Source: Octopus vulgaris
Taxonomy: Eukaryota
DNA: 64,000 bases
Assembly: GCA_951406725.2 (NCBI GenBank)
Contig: OX597839.1
Span: forward strand, 21,018,001-21,082,000
Direction: 5' to 3'
Shown here piece by piece: positions 54,490 to 64,000 of this stretch; positions within the stretch are counted from its first letter, which is position 1, and each line of letters opens with the position of its first letter. The position numbers and the translations under genes are program-made. Under the pieces are notes generated by a model that was not told the DNA's origin, ran no database searches, and worked only from the letters and a program-made list of their open reading frames with translations.

Positions 54490-54920
54490 GCAGGAGTGGC
54501 TGTGTGGTAAGTAGCTTGCTAACCAACCACATTGTTCAGGGTTCAATCCCACTGCGTGGCATCTTGGGCAAGTGTCTTCTGCTATAGCCTCAGGCCGACC
54601 AATGCCTTGTGAGTGGATTTGGTAGACGGAAACTGAAAGAAGCCTGTCGTATATATGTATGTATATATGTATGTATATATATATATATGTGTGTGTGTGC
54701 ATGTGTTTGTGTGTCTGTGTTTGTCCCCCTAGCATCGCTTGACAACCGATGCTGGTGTGTTTATGTCTCTGTTACTTAGCGGTTCGGCAAAAGAGACCGA
54801 TAGAATAAGTACTGGGCTTACAAAGAATAAGTCCTGGGGTCGATTTGCTCGACTAAAGGCGGTGATCCAGCATGGCCGCAGTCAAGTGACTGAAACAAAT
54901 AAAAGAGTAAAAAAAGAGTA
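54490..54920 (+). mobile_element. SINE family A, near full length
   Basis: Collinear with other A copies. Confidence 0.85.
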
Positions 54921-55770
54921 TGCCAGGCAAAATGCTTACTGGTATTTCATCTGTCGGCGAGCTGGCAGAACCGTTAGCACGCCAGGCGAAATGCATAGCC
55001 GTATTTCGTCTTTCGTTACATTCCGAGTTCAAATTCCGCCGAGGTCGACTTTGCCTTTCATCCTTTTGGGGTCGATAAATTAAGTACCAGTTACGTACTG
55101 GGGCCAATATAATTGACTTAATACATTTGACTGTCCTTCTTTGTCCCCTCTGTGTTTAGCCCCTTGTGGGTAGTAAAGAAATAAGTTTTTCGTCTGCCGC
55201 TATGTTCTGAGTTCAAATTCCGCCGAGGTCGACTTTGCCTTTCATCCTTTCGGGGTCGATAAATTAAGTACCAGTTACGTACTGGGGCCAATATAATTGA
55301 CTTAATACGTTTGTCTGTCCTTCTTTGTCCCCTCTGTGTTTAGCCCCTTGTGGGTAGTAAAGAAATAGGTATTTCATCTGTCTTTAAGGTGGCGAGCTGG
55401 CAGAATTGTTAGCATGCCGGGCGAAATACTTTACGGTATTTCGTCTGCCGCTACGTTCTGAGTTCAAATTCCGTCGAGGTCGACTTTGCCTTTCATCCTT
55501 TCGGGGTTGATAAATTAAGTACCAGTTACGCACTGGGGTTGATATAATTGACTTAATCCATTTGTCTGTCTTTGTTTGTCCCCACTATGTTTAGCCCCTT
55601 GTGGGTAGTAAAGAAATAGGTATTTCATCTGTCTTTACATTCTAAGTTCGAATTTTGCCAAGGTCAACTTTGCCTTTCTTTCTGGGTCGGTAAATTAAGT
55701 ATAGGTTGCATACTGGGGTCAATCTAATTGACTGGCTCCCTACCCCAAAGTTTCTGGTCTTGTGCCTAGA
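54921..55770 (+). mobile_element. Family B SINE carrying serial same-site B insertions with TSDs
   Basis: GGTATTTCATCTGTC at 54941, 55368 and 55619. Confidence 0.9.
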
Positions 55771-57717
55771 GTTGCTGAGAGCCACCTTCAGTCATGACTG
55801 ACCATGGGACCGCACCTAGAAAGTTACCCTCCGAGGCACAAGTCCAGGTAAGGTAGTTTATGAAAGACCAGCAGTCGCCCATGCATACCAGCCTCCCTCT
55901 CTATGCCACCAGTTTTATCCAAGGGAAAGGCAAAGGGGCTGCTACAGCTTGTCACCAGTGATGTTGCAACTCATTTCTACAGCATCGCCTTACTGGCACT
56001 TATGCCTGTGCTAGTAGGGTGCCAAGAACACCATCCGAGCGTGATCATTGCCAGAGCAGCCAACTGGCTTCCGTACCCGTGGTTCATAAAAGGGCACCAT
56101 TCAAGCGTGATCGTTACCAACGTCGCTACACTGGTACCTGTGCCGGTGGCATGTGTAAAAAGATTCGAGCAAGATTCATTGCCAGTACCGCCTGAATGGC
56201 ACCCGTGCAGGTGGGACATAAAAAGCACCCACTACACTCTCGGAGTGGTTGGTGTAAGGAAGGGCATCCAACTGTAGAAACTCTGCCAGATTAAGATTGG
56301 AGCCTGGCACAGCCAGATCAAGATTGGAGCCTGGCACAGCCAGATCAAGATTGGAGCCTGGCACAGCCATCTGCCTGTGCTAGTAGGGTGCCAAGAATAC
56401 CATCCGAGCGTGATCGTTGCCAGAGCAGCCAACTGGCTTCCGTACCTGTGGTGCGTAAAAGGGCACCATTCAAGCGTGTATGTATATGTATCTGCATGTA
56501 TATGTACATGTATGTATGTATACATATCTGTATGTATGTATATGTACATATGTATATGTATCTGTATGTATATATACCTGTGTGTATGTATACGTATCTG
56601 CATGTATTTGTATGTCTATGTATATGTGTGTGTGTGCATGTGTGTATTCACAAACGCAACATACACACACACAGTCAAAATCGTCCAACCCATGCTAGCA
56701 TGGAAAACGGACGTTAAACGATGATGATGATGATGATGATGACTTTCCTCTTTCTTCCTATATATAAAATATGAGATTTAACGTCTTATTGTTTAAGTGG
56801 TATAAAATATGTTTCAAGTGTGAGATTCAGATAAAAAGATTCCGAAAGACAATTGAATGGAATTCTGCAGTTATTGAGTGACAAAAATTGAATAATAAAA
56901 GATTTTTCAGAACAAGTAGCTTTCATAATTGACTATCATTTTAATGCATATAGATGTATACATATATTATGTGTATGTGTGTATACATAATATTTAGTAC
57001 ATATTTTTATCCACAGACACATATATACATATACATGTGTGTGTGTGTGTGTGTGTGTATGTGTTCATATGTGTGTATACATAATATTTAGTACATATTT
57101 TTATCCACAGACACATATATACATATATATATGTGTGTGTATGTGTGTATAGTCTTATACATACATGTGTGTAAAAATGTATATATATATATGTTTAGAT
57201 AGAAGTGTGTTTATTATGTACATATGTATATGTATCTGTATGTATGTATATGTACATACGTATATGTATATGTATCTGTATGTATGTATGTATACATATC
57301 TATATGTATGTATATGTACATATGTATATGTATCTGTGTATATATATATACCTGTGTGTATGTATATGTATTTGCATGTATTTGTATGTCTATGTATATG
57401 TGTATGTGCATGTATGTATTCACACACGCAGCACACACACACATACACACACGCTCACATATAAAACAGTAACAGGAGATTTTGTAAGAACTGATAGGGA
57501 ACCACAATGAAAACAAAGGTACTCAATACATCAAGTAGGTGGGGCTACGTTAATTTATTTAACGACAAGTGGCTCTTAGAACAGTAATAATATTGCATTG
57601 CTTGAGAATTGATCAGAGAGGGAAGAATTCTGATGAATTCCACAAAAATGCAACAGCACCAGCCCAGTAAGTATTACTTGGCATTGAAGAAATTATGATA
57701 CGTATATATATATATAT

Positions 57718-58140
57718 GGTGTAGGAGTGGCTGTGTGGTAAGTAGCTTGCTTACAAACCACATGGTTCCGGATTCAGTCCCACTGCATGGCACCTTGGGC
57801 AAGTGTCTTCTACTATAATCTCAGGGCCAACCAAAGCCTTGTGAGCGGATTTGGTAGACGGAAACTGAAAGAAGCCTGTCGTATATATGTATAATATATA
57901 TGTATGTGTGTGTGTGTGTGTATATGTTTGTGTGTCTGTGTTTGTACCCGCTAACATCGCTTGACAACCGATGCTGGTGTGTTTACGTCCCCATAACTTA
58001 GTGGTTCGGCAAAAGAGTATGATAGAATAAGTACTAGGCTTACAAAGAATAAGTCCTGGGGTCGATTTGCTCGACTAAAAAGGCGGTGCTCCAGCATGGC
58101 CACAGTCAAATGACTGAAACAAGTAAAAGAGTAAAGAGTA
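57718..58140 (+). mobile_element. SINE family A, full length
   Basis: Collinear with other A copies. Confidence 0.85.
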
Positions 58141-58235
58141 TACATAAATAATAATTATTTGAGGGAATATTAATCCTAACTTACAGGGAAAAAATTCAAT
58201 TTAGAAAAACTAAATCAAATTTAACACAATATAAT

Positions 58236-58560
58236 ATATATATATAAATTAGAAAAAAACACCTTTTATCAATTCTAAATGAACAATTAAATTACACCAT
58301 CTAGAAAATTACATATATTAGAAATATTAAAATTAAAATAAGAATAAAATACCGATGATTAAGTAAATTGCAAAGAAATAATAAATATTCTACCAATTAT
58401 ATATGTTTTTATTATTTTTTTGCAATTTACTTAATCATCGGTATTTTATTGTTATTTTAATTCTAATATTTCTAATATATGTAATTTTCTAGATGGTGTA
58501 ATTTAATTGTTCATTTAGAATTGATAAAAGGTGGGTTTTTTCTAATTTATATATATATAT
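58236..58560. repeat. AT-rich palindrome with about 150-bp arms and about 20-nt loop
   Basis: 58236-58385 is inverted at 58406-58560 with few mismatches. Confidence 0.9.
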
Positions 58561-58566
58561 ATATAA

Positions 58567-58856
58567 TAATTATTGAAGTAGATAAATGAATTATCTTATT
58601 ACGGATAATTCAAATGATAACCGATACTTGGGTAGCAAAAATCACAACAGAAAGAGCACGGTTGCAGTTACGACCATGGGGCATAAAATCCGTGCCTTAG
58701 TGCGGAAATTTGAAGTTTTATATATTAAGTATAGTAAAGAATGGAGCTGAACGAAGATTTAACCAAATTCCTTTATTTTATTTTCGACATATGTTTCGAA
58801 GTCTGCAAAGTCCCTAATTTGGTTAAATCTTCGTTCAGCTCCATTCTTTACTATAC

Positions 58857-58866
<10 letters not shown>
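58567..58866 (-). mobile_element. Penelope-like terminal fragment with about 50-bp inverted end and partial hammerhead
   Basis: Inverted arms 58719-58769/58816-58866; GAAACATATGTC on minus at 58786-58797; (TA)n flanks. Confidence 0.6.
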
Positions 58867-58911
<45 letters not shown>

Positions 58912-59884
58912 TCATCATTCTTTAACGTCCACTTTCCATTCTAGCAAGGGTTGGATGATTTGACTGAGGACTGGCGAACCAGATGGCTGCACCAGGCTCC
59001 AGTCTGATCTGGCAGAGTTTCTACAGCTAGATACCCTTCCTAATGCCAACCACAAAGGGGTCGATACACATTATATAAGTTGCAATAAAACACACAGGTG
59101 TGGCTGTGTGGCAATGGCTTGCTTCCCAACCACATGGTTCTAGGAAATTGTAGTTGTGATACCAGTGCTGGTGGCTCGTAAAAGAACCATCCAAACGTGG
59201 CCGTTGCCAGCACCGCCTCGACTGGCCTCCATGCCAGTGGCATGTAAAAAGCACCAGCCATGCCTGGCACCTGTGCTGGTGGCACGTAAAAAGCACCCAC
59301 TACACTCACGGAGTGGTTGGCGTTAAGAAGGGCATCCAGCTGTAGAAACACTGCCAGATCAGACTGGGCCTGGTGCAGCCTGCTGGCTTCCCAGATCCTG
59401 GTCGAACCATCCAACCCATGCTAGCATGGAAAGCAGACGTTAAACAATGATGATGATGATGATAATAATGATGACGACGACGACGACGACGATGATGATG
59501 ATATGATGTAGTCTCTTTGCAAATGTCACAGAATCATATGTAAAGATGCTATGAATAAATGATGTCATAATATATTCTCAAGGCTTAGTGTTCGTACTTT
59601 GTGATCTTTAATACCATGGAGACCCTTAAACAGAAGGTTTGCCACAGCAGGATGAATCCTCCTCACCGGGAGCTCCATAACCTTCACAAAGGAACTCATG
59701 GTATTCAAAACATATTGATCATGTGTCAAACTCCTTAATGTGCACTTTGCACAAACATTATATATGTAAAGATGTGTGTGTGTGTGTGTGTGTGTCTGTG
59801 TATTGTAAATGAAAGACACAAGATGGAATATACGAGAATTTATTATTAATCTCGACAATTGTTTCAACACATCTGGCATCAATT

Positions 59885-60171
59885 CCTATCTTGCCCAGGA
59901 TATCAATCGTCTGGAAGCTGGAACCCCTATCTTGCCCAGGATATCAATCATCTGGAAGCTGGAACCCCTATCTTGCCCAGGATATCAATCGTCTGGAAGC
60001 TGGAACCCCTATCTTGCCCAGGATATCAATCATCTGGAAGCTGGAACCCCTATCTTGCCCAGGATATCAATCATCTGGAAGCTGGAACCCCTATCTTGCC
60101 CAGGATATCAATCATCTGGAAGCTGGAACCCCTATCTTGCCCAGGATATCAATCGTCTGGAAGCTGGAACC
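59885..60171 (+). repeat. 41-bp tandem array derived from the CR1 5' truncation point (7 copies plus the native copy)
   Basis: CCTATCTTGCCCAGGATATCAATCRTCTGGAAGCTGGAACC at 41-bp spacing. Confidence 0.95.
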
Positions 60172-60714
60172 CCTATCTTGCCCAGGATATCAATCGTCTG
60201 GAAGCCGTTCAGCGACGTGCAACCAAAAGAATACCCTCCATCAGGCATTTGCCATATTCTGAATGCCTTACTTCCCTGGGCATGGACACATTGAAACTCC
60301 GACATCTGGCAGCTGACTTGGCAGACACCCATAAAATTATCAACCATCGTACAAACAATAACTCTGAGCACCTTTTCAAACTCCACCCATCTAACACCCG
60401 TGGACATATTTACAAAGTAAGAAAACAACACAGCTCCCATGACTTTAGGAAACATTTTTTCACGCTGAGAGTTGCTGAAGCATGGAACAAACTGCTGGCA
60501 TCAGTTGTTAGTTGTCGGAGCACTGCATCCTTCAAAACTTCCATGCTTCCTGAGATTCGCCAACCCTACACTTGATTTTCTCCCCTCCATACACACACAA
60601 GCATGTATCTGACTCATACACTGTTCGCTGTCCAGGCATTTGTACATTACTGCATGTACTTTATACGCACTTTCTGACAAGTTGTGGTGCACCTGAGCAC
60701 TGTATACAATAATT

Positions 60715-60748
<34 letters not shown>
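60172..60748 (+). mobile_element. 5'-truncated CR1-clade LINE
   Basis: WNPYLAQDINRLEAVQRRATKRI...LPYSECL..L...TRGH...FFTLRVAEAWNKL, the CR1 ORF2 C-terminus; 3' UTR and (ATT)n tail. Confidence 0.9.
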
Positions 60749-60749
<1 letters not shown>

Positions 60750-61502
60750 CTGGTTCAGGAGTATCCAGTGGTGCAGACGTATCTTATCGTATGATAAATA
60801 AATACAACTCGTTAAAATAACTGTTTTGCAATGTAACTTCCAGTTTTTGTATAAAGAAAAGCAGCCTGAAGATCAAAAATAAAATCACAGATGGTAAAAA
60901 GGTGTTGGTGTGGTTACGTCTCTGTAACTTAGCAGTTTTACAAAAGAGAACGATAGAATAAGTACCAGGCTTACAAAGAATAAGTCCAAGCGGTCGATTT
61001 CTTCGACTAAAAGGTGGTGTTCCAGCATGGCCACAGTCGAAATGACTGAAACAAGTAAAAAAATAAAAGAATATACAGACGTTACCAAAATGGCTGAGGG
61101 CACCTAGTCAGCACCAGTATTACTAGAAATGAGAGTCAAAACAACTACTAGCCACAGAAAGAATCTTAAGACAGACAAGGGGGAGGGGCAAGCTCCCTAC
61201 ATCCAGGGCATTGCCAGATCACCAGTGATTTTGCATTTGATTAATGCTCGTTAGTGGCTCTTACCTAGCCTAGAGTTAAGCTTGCTCACCTTGTCTGTTT
61301 ATAAGATTACTGTAGAAATAGACATCCCTTATTATGCTGTCACATGGTCAGGTCATCGGCGACTAAACTGGCATATGTGAGTTACAAATAGTTGTCTGTG
61401 GAGACTTATTTTTGTAGAAAAAGGAATTAGTAGTCCTTTGGCTGCTATTTCTAAAATTTTCGGTATGTGGTCAAGCAACTTGTTGCTAAACCCTTATTGT
61501 TA

Positions 61503-61551
<49 letters not shown>

Positions 61552-61690
61552 GACAGGCTTCTTTCAGCTTCCGTCTAATAAATCCACTCACAAGGCTATA
61601 GTAGAAAACACTTGCTCAAGGAGCCATGCAGTGGAAGTTAACCTGGAACCATGTGGTTGGGAAGCAAGCTTCTTACCCCACAGCCATGCC

Positions 61691-61721
<31 letters not shown>

Positions 61722-61955
61722 GAGCAGTCTCAAGTGTAACCGGCCAAAACTGCAATGACGATCTGGAACTCGACTGAGGATAGGAAGCTCTGAATGACCC
61801 ATCCTTGCTTTATCCCGTCCTTTTTTTGTATCGTCTAACTGTCCAGATGTTTTGCTGTCACCCGTTACGTTCTTGTTCCATTTTTTGTTTTCTTTTTTTA
61901 TATATTCATACACACATACACACACACACAAACACACACAGATATGACAGAAAAC

Positions 61956-62353
61956 GGATCTTTTCGGTTTGAACGGTAGTTTTTAACATAATTTCTAGGT
62001 AACTAAACACTTTTAAACTTTGTATACTGGTAGAATGTGTTTATAAAACATCTTTTTCTCTTGGCTTTATTGAGAAAATTCTATAGTTTGTAAGATATTT
62101 GTTGTTTTTTTCTGCAATTTCAACCAATCAATGACGTCTATTGAGGTGAAAACATTCTGTGGCATATGAATATGTCCCTTGTTTAAGAAACAGATTGGGC
62201 TTATTTACATTTGTGAAGAAAAAAGATACCCTTCCCCAACCCCTAACCCTAAAACAGATAGAAATGCAATAGATCGATACTAGGGTCATAATTATGGGTG
62301 ACAATTTCATATGACACCACTAGAAAAAACTGCCGTTTAAACTGAAAAGATCC
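61956..62353. mobile_element. 398-bp MITE with 29-bp TIRs and 8-bp TSD (Merlin-like)
   Basis: TIR GGATCTTTTCGGTTTGAACGGTAGTTTTT / AAAAACTGCCGTTTAAACTGAAAAGATCC; TSD CAGAAAAC at 61948-61955 and 62354-62361. Confidence 0.85.
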
Positions 62354-62405
62354 CAGAAAACAACTGACATTCATTACTGAATGTATTTATATATTTTCCT
62401 TCCAG

Positions 62406-62465
62406 ATATATTTACAGTTACATTGGTCATAGTCCTTCTGTTACCCTTATCTATGATTTTTGTTG
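62406..62465 (+). CDS. TMEM272: 60-nt transmembrane exon of the TMEM272-like protein
   Basis: Acceptor TTTTCCTTCCAG|, donor TTG|GTGAGT, phase 1-1; (D)IFTVTLVIVLLLPLSMIFV(G) fits the L.lP..MI.iG first TM recalled for this family; in frame with the upstream exon. Confidence 0.65.
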
Positions 62466-62609
62466 GTGAGTACAAGATGCCTTTTACTATTCTACTTCTC
62501 TTTTACTCTTTACTGGTCTCAGTTTGGGGATTGAACCGATTTCAGTCGATCGTATCAACCTCACCAGAATTTATTCTAGTCCAGCATTTATTTTGATACG
62601 CTACTGTGT

Positions 62610-64000
62610 TAGACTCGTGATCCTAAGTTTGCAGTTTCAATTCCTGGACTGGGTGATGTGTTGTGTTCTTGAGCAAAACCCTTCATTCCATGTTGCTCCA
62701 GTCCATTCAGCTAATGGTTAGGATGTTGCACTCATGAGTTCTAGATTGTGGTTTCAATTCCTGGACTGGGCAGTGCATTGTGTTCTTGTACAAAACACTT
62801 CATTTCATGTTGCTCCAGTCCACTCAGCTAATGGTTAGGATGTTGCACTCATGACTTCTAGATTGTGGTTTCAATTCCTGGACTGGACAGTGCATTGTGT
62901 CCTTGAGCAAGACACTTCATTTCATGTTGCTCCAGTCCACTCAGCTAATGGTTAGGATGTTGCACTCATGACTTCTAGATTGTGGTTTCAATTCCTGGAC
63001 TGGGCAGTGCATTGTGTTCTTGTACAAAACACTTCATTTCATGTTGCTCCAGTCCACTCAGCTAATGGTTAGGATGTTGCACTCATGACTTCTAGATTGT
63101 GGTTTCAATTCCTGGACTGGGCAGTGCATTGTGTTCTTGAGCAAGACATTTCATTTCATGTTGCTCCAGTCCACTCAGCTAATGGTTAGGATGTTGCACT
63201 CATGACTTCTAGATTGTGGTTTCAATTCCTGGACTGGACAGTGCATTGTGTTCTTGAGCAAGACACTTCATTTCATGTTGCTCCAGTCCACTCAGCTAAT
63301 GGTTAGGATGTTGCACTCATGACTTCTAGATTGTGGTTTCAATTCCTGGACTGGACAGTGCATTGTGTTCTTGAGCAAGACACTTCATTTCATGTTGCTC
63401 CAGTCCACTCAGCTAATGGTTAGGATGTTGCACTCATGACTTCTAGATTGTGGTTTCAATTCCTGGACTGGACAGTGCATTGTGTTCTTGAGCAAGACAC
63501 TTCATTTCATGTTGCTCCAGTCCACTCAGCTAATGGTTAGGATGTTGCACTCGTGACTTCTAGATTGTGGTTTCAACTCCTGGACTGGACAGTGCATTGT
63601 GTTCTTGAGCAAGACACTTCATTTCATGTTGCTCCAGTCCACTCAGCTAATGGTTAGGATGTTGCACTCGTGACTTCTAGATTGTGGTTTCAAATCCTGG
63701 ACTGGACAGTGCATTGTGTTCTTGAGCAAGACACTTCATTCCATGTTGCTCCAGTCCACTTAGCTAATGGTTAGGATGTTGCACTCGTGACTTCTAGATT
63801 GTGGTTTCAATTCCTGGACTGGACAGTGCATTGTGTTCTTGAGCAAGACACTTCATTTCATGTTGCTCCAGTCCACTCAGCTAATGGTTAGGATGTTGCA
63901 CTCATGACTTCTAGATTGTGGTTTCAATTCCTGGACTGGACAGTGCATTGTGTTCTTGTACAAAACACTTCATTTCATGTTGCTCCAGTCCACTCAGCTA
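62610..64000 (+). repeat. 117-bp satellite made of family F SINE heads, at least 11 full units, running off the window
   Basis: GCTAATGGTTAGG at 62710, 62827, 62944, 63061 and onward at 117-bp spacing. Confidence 0.95.

Noticed and set aside
57580-57666. Alternative exon ending CCCA|GTAAGT
   Set aside because: The available acceptor gives a phase incompatible with the flanking exons, and the peptide is unrecognised
62610-64000. CRISPR array or tRNA gene cluster
   Set aside because: No unique spacers, eukaryotic context, and no complete cloverleaf; units match a SINE head

Overview
Eukaryotic, AT-rich DNA saturated with repeats. The microsatellite load and SINE repertoire look like an octopod cephalopod genome (inferred from recall, not searched). 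Almost all long ORFs in the supplied track are microsatellite or SINE artefacts. One gene is supported: two phase-compatible + strand exons (51513-51676 and 62406-62465, joined across a 10.7 kb intron) encoding the N-terminus and first TM helix of a TMEM272-like membrane protein. The rest is a mosaic of tRNA-derived SINE families (here A, B, F), an RTE-tail repeat (C), an ORF-less TAA-associated element (D), fragments of RTE, R4/Dong, CR1, Tx1/L1-like and Penelope-like retroelements, a Helitron, two MITEs, SINE- and LINE-derived tandem arrays and several fold-back palindromes. Most interesting: family B SINEs repeatedly re-insert into their own family at GGTA sites with visible TSDs and share a 3' tail with a Tx1/L1-like LINE; a double fold-back structure with a duplicated loop; a near-identical inverted repeat pair bracketing the first coding exon; and a 117-bp SINE-head satellite. 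Family assignments rest on motif recall and need database confirmation.
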